Origin: Azolla caroliniana | Taxonomy: Eukaryota; Plantae; Polypodiophyta | Assembly: GCA_043228905.1 (NCBI GenBank) | Contig: JBHGNT010000005.1 | Span: forward strand, 15,314,001-15,378,000 | Direction: 5' to 3' | DNA: 64,000 bases | Shown here: piece by piece, positions 46,701 to 64,000 of the stretch | Layout: every line of letters begins with the position of its first letter | Position numbering within the stretch: position 1 is the stretch's first letter | Notes under the pieces: model-generated | Seen by the model: the letters and a program-made list of their open reading frames with translations, nothing else | Told to the model about the DNA's origin: nothing | Databases searched by the model: none | Translations under genes and position numbers: made by a program

Positions 46701-49192
46701 CAGAGACGAAGTCTGAGCCAGCCAAGAGGGCCTTGAAATCGGCTCACGAGAAGTTATACCGATCGACTTGCGAGAAGAACTCTGTAAAGGGGTATGGGTA
46801 TAATGGGTACATGGGGCACCACTATGCATACATGACGAAGGTGGCAGAAGTGAGTGAGCCGGAGTGCTACGCAGAAATGGCACAATATGCACATTAGCGT
46901 GCCGCTATGGAGGAAGAGATGCGGGCACTTGATGCCAACAACACACGGGACCTGGTTGACCGTCCTCGACATTGCAAACCAATCGGTTGCAAGTGGGTGT
47001 ACAAGGTAAAGTATAATGTTGACGGTTTGGTCAACCGGTACAAGGCCCGGTTAGTGGCGAAAGGATATGCGCAGACCCACGAAATCGACTATGACGAGAC
47101 CTTCGCTCCGATAACAAAGATGGTAACAGTTCGTGTGGTGTTGGCAGTTGCTGCGGCAAGGGGGTGGCAACTTCACCAAATGGACGTGAAGAATGGGTTT
47201 CTTCAAGGTGACCTTGAAGAACAGGTCTACATGCTCCAACCCCTCGGTTTTTAGTCGAAGATGAACAAGTCAACAATGTGCCGACTCAAGAAGTCACGTT
47301 ATGGCCTGAAGCAAGCTCCCCGTCCTTGGAACTCAAAGATCACACATCGGTTGTGTAATATGGGGTTTGTGGCCTCGAAGTTAGACTCTTCACTGTTCAT
47401 CCAAAAAGGTCCAGACAGTCTGATATGTATCCTATTACATGTGGACGATCTAGTCATCAGTGGACTCGGACTCGCTGAAATCGGCCAAGTGAAGTCCCTA
47501 TTGTCGGATGCATTCGAAATGAAGAACCTAGGGGACCTTCATTACTTCCTCAGGATCAAAGTGATCCTTTCCCCCGATGTCATATTGTTACCTCAATGAC
47601 ATTATGTGCTGAATATGTTGTATAAGTTCAGCATGACAGATTGCCAACCAGTCTCCATACCCTTGGACCAGAATCTCAAGCTTCGTCCTGACTCCGGATT
47701 GGCCTGCAACGAGAGACGGTTCCGACAAATTGTCAAAAGTCTTGTATATTTAACAATTACCCGACCCAACATCAGCTATCCGGTCTGGATGATCAGTAAA
47801 TTCATGTGGAAGCCAACCGTGAAGCACCTTAAGTGCGTGCACAGAATACTAAGGTATGTTTGCGGCACTAAGGACCGGGGACTATTATACCGACACGGTA
47901 TAACTGAAAAACTAGTTGGATATACGGATGCTGACTAGGCCGGTGATGCATCGGACTGTCGATCCACTTTTGGTTACATGTTCTCTCTAGCTAGCGCAGC
48001 TATTGTGTGGAGCAGCAAAAAGCAGGCAACACTAGCTCTTTTGAGTACTGAGGCTAATTATCGGGGCACTACCATTGTCACATGTGAAGCCATATGGCTT
48101 TGGCAGCTACTACAAGACCTCTGGATCGAAGTACCGACTTTGATCCCGATCTATTGCGACAACATGAGCAACATGCAACTAGCCAAGAACCCTATGTTCC
48201 ATGCTCGGATGAAGCACATAGAAGTGAATTATCACTTTGTACGCGAGCAGGTCCTCGGCGCTAAAGTAGAACTCTAGTATGTTTGGACGGATCAACAAGT
48301 TGCCGACATCTTTACGAAGGCGCTCGGAATTGACAAGTTGCATTATTCTTGGAGATGCTTGGTCTTCAGCATCTCGACATGCCACACTTGAGGGGGAGAA
48401 CCAATACTGATACGGGTAGAACCGGAACATAAACCAAAAAAACAAGCAAAGGCACCGGACAAGTAGCCAGAGAGAAGGAAACAACCGAAGGAGGGGGAGA
48501 CAAGAAGACAAAGGAAGCCGAGTTGACTGAAGAAGTCGGCACATCCGATAAAGTTGGAACAAGTGGCGACGGCGGCAAAGTGAAGAAGGATAGAGCCGAC
48601 CGAAGGAAGAAGGCCAAGACCCAGACGTGATCTGACATGGTGAAGGGCTTGAAGGTTGGAGACGGCCAATTCAGACAAGAGCTAGAACAAATAGGAGGCA
48701 CCCGATTCGGAAGTGGTGTTTGATTCAGAGGAGCCGAATCAGCTGAAAGCCAAACAGACGAGGAGGCAAAGGAAGTAGACACCGACATGGAGGAACCGAT
48801 GGGTCGAGAAGCATCAGAGTCACAACAACGAAAGAGCTGAGATGGGCCTTATGAGTAGACAAGCCGATCGAGAAGGTCGAGGTGCGCAGCACCACACGAG
48901 TCGTGGAAAGCGGAACTGGACGGGTTGAGGAGCGCGAACGAGGTGAGAATACGCTAGAAGAAACCAACTGCAAGGTTCGGCAGACACTAACCAAGCGATC
49001 CAACGTGAAGTTGAGCTTGAGGGGGAGTGTTGAGCGGACAAGCTCAACCCGATCCGGATCGGCTGAATAAGCCGGAACCGGTTCGGCATCCGTAACGGAG
49101 ATCCGGATCGGTATCTAGAACCAAGAGCCATATCATAGAGACGGACCGGATTATAACCGGTAGGCTGTTAGAGGCCTACAACCTTAGCCTAG
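43752..49192 (+). mobile_element. Degenerate Ty1/Copia element F (related to E); 3' LTR interrupted
   Basis: 5' LTR 43752-44199, degenerate Met PBS 44200-44211, gag from ~44307, WYVDSGA, integrase, RT (HQMDVKN, LHVDD), RNase H, PPT, and 3' LTR 49028-49192 matching the 5' LTR start. Confidence 0.88.
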
Positions 49193-50760
49193 TGTTGGCC
49201 GCCTTCGACGACCAAGTGTGAAAGGCCAAAATAGCGCGGACAAAGCAAAGCGGACAACCGCATATGAAACGACGCAGCGGAGCTGACAATGGGCACGTAA
49301 CGGAAAGACGGGTATGGCTGAGGAGAAAGTGTAATGGATGGAAAGTAATTATGAGAGAGAGTGAGAAAGAGAGTGGTTCACGCTTAGTCGTAACCGCCCA
49401 TGCCCCTATATAAAGGGCATGGAAAGCCTGTAAAGAAGTAGTCGTAATTTTGTAGACACACTCAAGTAATATACACTCTTTTTGCTCAATCTCTATTTCT
49501 GTGTCTATGGTAATTGTGTATATCTTTGCCGTAATCTGTGGTTGAGTTTTCCTCGATGTTGAGCGCTTGTACTCTGTGTTGAGTACTATATCCTCTGTCA
49601 GCTGAAGCCGCTTGTGCGAAGTTCCCCAAACTCCCATTTACATTAAGCGCCCCTTACAACTCTGTCGCTCTACGACTCAAGCACCCTCCACCTGTTCCAC
49701 AGTCACCTTGAGCCGATTACCATAGAAACGCGTAACAACATCGTGTTTACCGAACCCGGTAACAGTTTTGGCTTGCCTTGTGGGACTATGCAAGCACATC
49801 GAACATCAATGGGTGCATGTCTAGTCGCCGCGGCAACAACGGAATAGGAAGCCACCGACCTCTCACTCGCGTTGAGGCTAAGAGGATACAAGAGGCTCCC
49901 ATCATCGACCTAATCGACAAGACCAACCAGATCTCGCAGCAAGACGAGCCCTTGTCTGATTCTGTGCTTGCAGAGCCACCCTGACACGAAGTCGCGAAAC
50001 AACTGGACTCTACCACAACCAACATGAATAATTCGGGTGTGACAACCTGTTAAGTCACACATCACCAAAAAGCCCCCCGCAGAGTTTTTTCCCGACATAG
50101 AGGAAGACACCATGTCATACCCCTATCCCGCTACAACGGTGAAACCGACCCAGAGGCTCATGTCCGCGCTTTCCTTACCACATGGCAAGCTAACCACGCC
50201 TCCCAACACCTAGCCGTGCCTTAGGCGAACATATCAAAGATAGTTGAGTTCGGGCTATCTCTAGATGGGCACGCAACGAACTGGTATTCGCAAAACGACA
50301 TCACAGAGTTCGCCGAGTTCTTCCAACTCCGGGAACAATTCATCCAATTGTTTCATCGTAGAATTCCTCAACGAGAATTAATGAGCCAGGTCTATGCAAT
50401 AACACCCAGGTCTAATGTAGAATGCATGCGGCAAGAGAGCACACCCAGGTCAACCACGGAGGAAGCAGCAGCGGAGGTAGACCCAATCTGGCAGGCCCTC
50501 ACAGACTACCCAATTACACTCACAATGAGTAAGCTGCTCAACTGGGTCCCCCGATTTCGGCAGGCTCTGGAAATATGGATGCACCGCACACCCCAGGTAA
50601 CGGTCTCCGTAAATTTCACTGAATCCACGGTAGGCCCGACTATCATGGACCACCAGAACCTGGCCATCAAAGTGCTCATACAAGGGATAGAAATCTCGGG
50701 ATGCATCGTGGACAGTGGCTCCAACGGCAATGTCATAAGTACGACCACACGCAGCCACTA
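49193..50760 (+). mobile_element. Truncated Gypsy related to C: LTR (~49193-49700) plus gag/protease remnants
   Basis: TGTTGGCC start as in the C LTR; DPEAHVRAFLTTWQANH aligns with C DAEAHVYAFLQTWEANH; IVDSGSNGNVIS. Confidence 0.7.
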
Positions 50761-50774
50761 GGCCCAGGGGAGTA

Positions 50775-51248
50775 TGTTATGTACACATAACATAGGTGAG
50801 GGTAGGTCACTAATATTTACATAAGTGAAGGGTATGTTCACTAATGTTAAAAAGGGGACTAATGTGATTGGATAGAAGGAATGATAGGTGCATGCACTAT
50901 CATGATTTGGACAACCAATGAATGGAGAGCCTTTTGGAAAGGCACATCTATTCAAGGGGCCTAGGAAAAGGTATGAATATGAGGTTTAGCTACCCTCATA
51001 AGGACATCACATCGGAAGGTTGTTATCTTAGACACTAGTCGTGCGGGCTAGGCTTTCGTCTCAACAATCGTGTAATCTCTTCCAAGGTATTAGTCATCCT
51101 AATATCCAGCGTTATGGGACGTCGGTGGTAGGTTGGCTATGTCTAGATCATATCTCAGGGGTGGTTGGGTGGAACGGGTTCTTCTATCCAATCTATTTTC
51201 CTTCTTTTACTTTATTTTGGTCAATTGATTAGTAATAGACTCGTAACA
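50775..51248 (+). repeat. Probable LTR of an unidentified family
   Basis: AGGGGAGTA purine tract followed by TGTTA...TAACA termini. Confidence 0.5.
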
Positions 51249-51249
51249 A

Positions 51250-52910
51250 GTTGGTTAACTTGAACATCCCTCTGAAGGATTCATCCATATTTCTATTGCT
51301 CTAATACTAGATTGTTATAAATGAGAGACCGACCACAACTAGCTAGCAAGAAAAATGCTAAGACAACAAACTAAACCAGAAAAACAGAATAGCACAACTA
51401 GTGAGACACAAGATTTAACGTGGAAAACCCTGAATGGGAAAAACCACGAGAGCCCACAGACTCCGAAACAGAATCACTAAGTAGAGAGGATATATACAGA
51501 ATACTCAAGGCCACAACCTTGAACTCGACTTCGTTCTATTCATTAATGAACAGTAGCTCCTCCTTGCTCGTAGCAATGGCCGAGGTATTCTTGCTCTCCG
51601 AAATCTTTTTCGGCTCAACACCATCAACTCCCCTGTTGTCCTTCTAGTAGTGTTGACAGTTCTTCTGGAAGTGTCCCGGATTCCCACAATAAAAGCACGT
51701 GAGCCTTCCCTTTGACTTCGACCTCGGTCTGGACTTCTCCCTTTTCTACAGACTTCTCTATCGGCCCCTTTCTCTCTTAGATTCAGCTTTAGTGACTAGG
51801 GCCTTATTATCAGAGATGGACTCTTTGTCCTTCTGACGAGCTTCTTCATTCAACAAGCTCAACTTCACCATCTCTAGAGACAACTGCTTCCCTTACGGTC
51901 CCACATTACCCAAGGTCACCACGAGCATCTCTTAGCTGTCCGGAAGGGATCTCAGCAATAGCAATGCTAGTACCTCATCATCCAGAGGTACTTCTAAAGA
52001 GGTGATCTGATTGACTAGTCCTTGGAAGGAATTCAAGTGCTCGGCCATGCTTGAGCTATCCTGATATCTCAATCTCACTATCTTCTTGAAGACGGAGACT
52101 CTATTTACAACATTCTTGTTCTCGAACATGAACTTGATATTTTTCCAAAGGACGTCGGCTTTTGTCTCTTCATTGAAGTTGTTGCACAGATTCATGTCTA
52201 TAAAACACCTTACGTATGTCGTTGTCTTTAGATGCATGACTTCCCAAGTCGATGCATCGATCTTGTCTGGTTTTTCATCGCCATACTGCACCGGTAGCCA
52301 TAGGCCTTTGCATACGATCATATTTCTCATCTTCGACTTCCAAACTAAATAGTTGGGGTCAGTTTGCTTGAACATCCCTCCAAAGAATTCATCCATATTT
52401 CTATCGCTCTGATACCATATTGTTATAAATGAGAGACCGCCCACAACCGGCTAGCAAGAAACTAAACTGGAAAAACATAATAGCACACACAACGAGACAC
52501 AAGATTTAACATGGAAAAGCCTTAATGGAAAAACCACGAGAGCCCATAGACTCCAAAACAGAATCACTAAGTAGAGAGGAATATATAGAATACTCAAGGC
52601 CACAACCTTGAACTCGACTTCGTCTTATAAACGGTTACAACACACACACACACTCTCTATACACACACACACTAAGAACTATATGGTTCCTTGTACATAC
52701 ACATGTATATCATAATGATTTGCCCTAGGTGTATTTACACTAATGCACAATATGGACGATTTACAAATATAGCCCAAATCAGGCCGAATCCAATTTGGCC
52801 GAATCGAACACAATCTGAATCGACTACGAGTTGATCGACCTTCATCCGATTCGATAGGCCGATCCAGCTTTCCAACTCATCCCATCCGAAGGGACTAGTT
52901 ATCCCAATAG
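51250..52910 (-). mobile_element. D-related Copia remnant: LTR-PBS-gag-partial LTR-PBS-gag start
   Basis: gag 52395-51540 homologous to D gag; PBS at ~52406-52417 and ~51298-51309; LTR edges at 52421 and 51313. Confidence 0.75.
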
Positions 52911-53412
52911 TTAATCCCTTGGGAGGAGAGCTCATACAACATTCGACTGAAGGTGTTAATGTGGGAGGTCGCTAGATCCGTCGAGAGAGCTAGTTTAACT
53001 CCTCAAAGGAGATCTAGTGCACCATCCAACTCTCTATCCTTGAATTCTTGGCATTCCCATCCTCTCTGGTTGAAGTCCATAGTGGTTCCACTCACATTTC
53101 ACATGCACACACATAACTTCCAAACAATGATGATACGTAAGAAACGCCATTACCGATGCATTTTGACATCACTAACAACCTATTATGTTGTTGTGGAGGT
53201 CTTCTATGTATAGTGGATGAATCAAATGGACGGGAAGTGTTGTGCGAATGGTGATGGGATAGGGTGATGGTGATATTAATGAATGTTGATGGTGATGGCG
53301 GGGTGGTGTTGCGGGGTGATGGTGACGGAGATGATCATTGTTGCGGGGTCGGGGGTGGTGCCTAGAATGGCTCCACCCCCCTCCCGAGGGGGGTCAACAT
53401 GAAAAGGGGAGA

Positions 53413-53447
<35 letters not shown>

Positions 53448-53619
53448 GATGTAGCTTAGTTTGCCCAATGGAGACCAGGTGGTCATGGGTTCGACCCCTA
53501 CATTTCACAGTGGCATTTAGTGAATTAAAAGATCTGTATGAAGTAAATAATAGAGAGGTGAGAAAATTGGGTATCGAACCCAAGATGTAGTGCTAGTAGT
53601 GTTAACAACTTGCCAATAG

Positions 53620-53638
53620 GGTAATTTAATTATAATAA

Positions 53639-53673
<35 letters not shown>

Positions 53674-53870
53674 AAATAGAGAAAAAAATATTTCATTCCT
53701 TCATTAATTCCCGATAAGTTAATTACGATAATAAGAGAGAGAGAGAGAGAAAATAGAGAGAAAATACTTCATTCCTTCATTCATTCCCGATAAGTTAATT
53801 ATGATAATAAAAGAGTGAGAGATAGAAAATAGAGAGAACAATACTTCATTCCTTCATTCAATCCCGATAA
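53620..53870. repeat. Three ~75-90-bp tandem units each containing a (GA)n tract
   Basis: Repeated TTCATTCCTTCATT..TCCCGATAAG. Confidence 0.8.
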
Positions 53871-54099
53871 GGGGGTTAAATAATACAATGAGGGGTTGGA
53901 TACATAGGGGTGCATCCCCCTTTAGCCATTCACACATATACCTTTTCCTATTTGTCCACACACATGTGCGTGTTCCCACACTTACACATATACTCACACT
54001 CGTAATCGTATACATTTGCACATACACAACAACAACATTATAATCTTTCACCCTCACACTTATAAATCTTTGTACATCTTGTACAGTAATAGGAACAAA

Positions 54100-54900
54100 C
54101 GTTCATGCATGGATAACGAATATGTTTAATCATGCATTGCAATATGGTATACATTACAACCGGAGAAAACCTTTGCATGCAAGTGGAGATGTAAATATTG
54201 TAAGAAATAAGTAGTTATCCAACAATCATGGTTGGCTTGCTTATGGCAAATCTACTTTGATGTATAATGGAATATAAATGGCTACTTTGTAGACTTCAAA
54301 AAAGCTTTTTCTATGGTATTTCCTATGCATATTTGGAGATGCATGGAAGAACTTGGGGTACCAAAAGCATATATAATTTCAATTTCTTGAATCAATGAGA
54401 AGTTTATAGTTTGCAAGCATATGGTCAATGCCACTATTAGTGGAGTCAACGATGTCCATTCTCACCAATTCTATTTGGTCATCATGTTATTGGTTGCCAA
54501 GTGTGTAAAGCAATAAGGCATTGAGGAAGTTGTTATGGGAAATATTGTCATCATGCTTTTGTTGTCCACATGGTGTGCTTTCCACAAATACTTTGAGAGA
54601 TACACAAAAGCTTATGAGGGCCATTGAAAGAGTTTTTCATGTGTATGAAGTTGAGGGCTAATAACTCTAAAACAATGATTACGCTTCAGAAGAGCCAAAA
54701 TAAGGAAAATTCATGCTTATGTATAATAATGAGCTACTTGAAACCATGGAAAACTCTAAAGACCCTATCCTTGAGGTTCCCTCAAATCATGGATGGAATG
54801 AATGTGCCAACAAACACCATATACACTTCCTATGTCTTGAAATGTGATCATTTCCCATTAAGATCATGCCCATGGAAATGGTTGTTGAGTACACTCTAAA
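54100..54900 (+). pseudogene. Possible highly decayed LINE RT remnant
   Basis: Only an FVDFKKAF motif near 54286-54310 is recognisable. Confidence 0.3.
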
Positions 54901-55049
54901 GGTTCAAAAAATTCTCACATCAACTTCTTGGAATCACATGGGAAGTAAGCAAAAATATCTAAAAGTCATATAAAAATAATATTTGTGTTCCGGTTGGATG
55001 CAAGACATAGAAAATGGTTTGGAAGATAGGATACAACATAATGCATCAA

Positions 55050-55680
55050 TAGATTCCTATGTGAATGAGGTAATTTTCGCAACTCCGATGTATCATGACA
55101 TGCTTCACACATTATACTACATATGTTGCACCTAATTACAAAACTATAGAAATTACACACATCAATACATGTTAGAGATTATCTCATTGTCTCTCATTTG
55201 AACCATGGCTTCCAAATGACTTAATTCACACTCGCTTCAATGTGAGGTGGGACGTTGTGGCACAAGTGATGAGACTAGTCAACTATGTCTTTTTGTCCTA
55301 GAAGTGTTCTCGAGCATTAGACTTTGATACAATGCTCTTCCATCCAACAAAAGAGATCTTTTCCATATCCTTTCAGAAGTATTTCAGTATGTATTTTTTA
55401 CCTTCATTGAGAGCATAAATGCTACTACATGCTTTTAAGACAACAACATATATGCCACATGCCACATGCAACTTTTCTAAATACATTTTTCCTATATAGG
55501 TTCCTACATGTGAGCTATATCCACAAACTAAGAGTACAGTAATTAGGGCATTCCACGAGATGCCATCATGTTTAGACTTATAAAAAGGTTTGAAATTTTG
55601 GTTTGACATCATGCAAATTGGCAATTAGAACATTGATAACAACAAATCTCATGTAATAAATACATTGAGTGAAAATTGCT
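55050..55680 (-). pseudogene. Possible decayed PPR (PLS-class) gene fragment
   Basis: DGISWNALIT and YVVVLKACSSIYALNEGKK resemble PPR motifs; many lesions. Confidence 0.35.
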
Positions 55681-55998
55681 TATAAAATAGTTTCACCAAA
55701 TTTGTTTAGGGGTTCATATATTAGGTTTGAGTAAAATGAATTGAGGAAAGGATTTGTGTCTTGTTTTGGATGCTCTTACTTATTTGACCACTATTTACTT
55801 ACTTATGTCTCATGTCAATGATGCTTTTCTTCCTTTGAGAAGGGGCCTTTCAAGGGCTCAGAACTTGTGAAGTGAACTAACTCATGGGCGTTATGCCCAT
55901 TTTTTCTCTTCTCTTTTTGGTAGGACTGGGACAGACGGACAACACATCCCATCCATTTTATAGAAATAATAATAGACGAGGAAGAGTGAAAGTTTTTG

Positions 55999-56114
55999 AA
56001 GGAAATTCCTGGGGTGCCAAGAGAAGCATATGTTACATTTAACATACATATATCATAAGGAAATTCCTGGGGACCCAAGAGAAGCATATGTTACATTTAA
56101 CATACATATATCAT
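55999..56114. repeat. 58-bp tandem duplication upstream of the UBP gene
   Basis: Two copies of AAGGAAATTCCTGGGG...CATACATATATCAT at 55999 and 56057. Confidence 0.9.
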
Positions 56115-57519
56115 ATTGATTGATATATGTACATATGTATAATGTAATTATGTAATTGTATGTAAGTAGGTAGTAGCAGTGGCAGTAACAGTGACAAAAA
56201 CTTGACTGAAGTTGGCTTGTTGTTTTGTTCAGAGACAGACAGACAAGACAGACAGGGAAACCCTAAGCTCACCATCACCATCACCATCACCATCACCATC
56301 ATCCTCATCCTCATCGTCCCCGTGTCTGTATCGATCATTCGATATCCGCATAGATCTGCGTCAATATCACAATCCTCGTATCCCTCCCTCTTCTGCTTCT
56401 TCAGCTTCAACTGACGCGCCATTCCTGGTACGATTTCCCAGCTTCAGTTTCTTTCTCCTTTACATTTTTCCTGTTTGTGTCTTCGTTAGATTATTGCCTT
56501 GGAAACCGCAGGTCGAGATCATTTGTGCATTCATTGGTTGTCTAGATCATCTAAGCTCAAGAAGAAGCTTTCATGATGAAATTTGGCCATTTTCTTGAAG
56601 ATCTTGATGCAGTATTAGTGCGTGCAAATGGTGCTTGCTTTTTGGTGCAGTGGGGTGACATTCTAGGTAATCTAGGGTCAAGTGGGGCTTACAGAAGCTT
56701 GCATGATGATATATGGCTATTCTTGTGATTATTTCGTCCAATGTCAGACAATCTAATGGAAAATTGCACTTGATCTTGGTTGATAATGAAATACCAGATA
56801 ATCTGGAGTCAATTAGTGCTTGAATCTATGTGAGGCCTTTTATGCTAGCATCCGTGTATGGTGTGGAAACTTGCATGATAATTTAAAGCCATCTTCTGAT
56901 GATCATGCAGTATAACGAAATGCCAGAGGATCTAATGGAAACAGACGCCTGATTTTTGTTGATGCAAAGTTATCAAACATTAAGAGTGTCAAAATGCAAC
57001 TGGTGCTTGACTTTGCATGGGATCCTTTTATTTAGCATCTATAAACAATTGAACTTGTATACTGCTTGATTTTTCTTGGCTTGTAAGTTACTTTAAGGTC
57101 ATTTCCTTTACGTTATGGATGCAATTGGATGGAATGGTTGATAATCAGAAGCCAATGATAGCTTGATAATCTTGCTCTAAGGTATTGACAGAAATGTGAT
57201 CAGATACTAGGTAAATCTGAGGGAAACTAATGTGTGGTTTGATTTGGTATCCTATTTTCTAGCCTTCATTGATGGCTTTGAGAGTTTTTTTATGATTTTC
57301 ATCATTATAGCTGCTGTTATGTTTACAGTTGACTGGAAAACTTAGTTATCATTGTATATTAGTATTTGGCAATAACTTAGTGTGGAAACTTACACATTCT
57401 TACCTTCTTTGTAGAAAATTTACTGTTCTTCAAGAAAAGCACAGTATTGGAGTAATATTCTGCACCGTAGTGGAACATCTCTTTTGAGGAGGTGTGCGTG
57501 ATAGCTGACCTTAAACAAA

Positions 57520-64000
<6,481 letters not shown>

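Noticed and set aside
56111-56598. ORFs with MVMVMV, ITITIT or SPSPSP repeats
   Set aside because: Translation of a (CACCAT)n microsatellite in the probable UBP 5' UTR
56540-57030. Degenerate ~130-170-bp repeats in the first UBP intron
   Set aside because: Too decayed to assign; no termini or coding signal

Overview
Plant nuclear DNA, inferred to be from a non-seed land plant such as a fern or lycophyte. About 1-53 kb is a dense nest of transposable elements. Two near-identical, intact chromodomain Ty3/Gypsy elements (A: 1-4859 +, cut by the window edge; B: 33133-38909 -, TSD GGTGA) face each other as a large inverted repeat. A three-level nest has a degenerate Copia (E) interrupted by an RT-less Copia (D, 20263-40579), which is in turn interrupted by B and by a non-chromovirus Gypsy (C, 22338-32553, TSD GCCTT) carrying an extra ~895-codon ORF. 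The region also holds a second degenerate Copia (F), a decayed hAT transposase, a Mutator-type MITE, solo LTRs and fragments. From ~56.2 kb to the window end lies the 5' part of a spliced DUSP-UBL-USP ubiquitin protease gene (UBP5-like; 11 coding exons visible, one GC-AG intron). Most notable: (1) the A/B family has no tRNA primer site but a 12-nt site complementary to its own predicted transcript start (Tf1-like self-priming); (2) it has a G_UUA_AAC plus stem-loop -1 frameshift signal; (3) C carries a separately promoted accessory coiled-coil protein whose N-terminal domain recurs in a second, diverged element at ~12 kb; (4) the inner element C has more diverged LTRs than its host D. All alignments and counts were made by eye and no database search was run.
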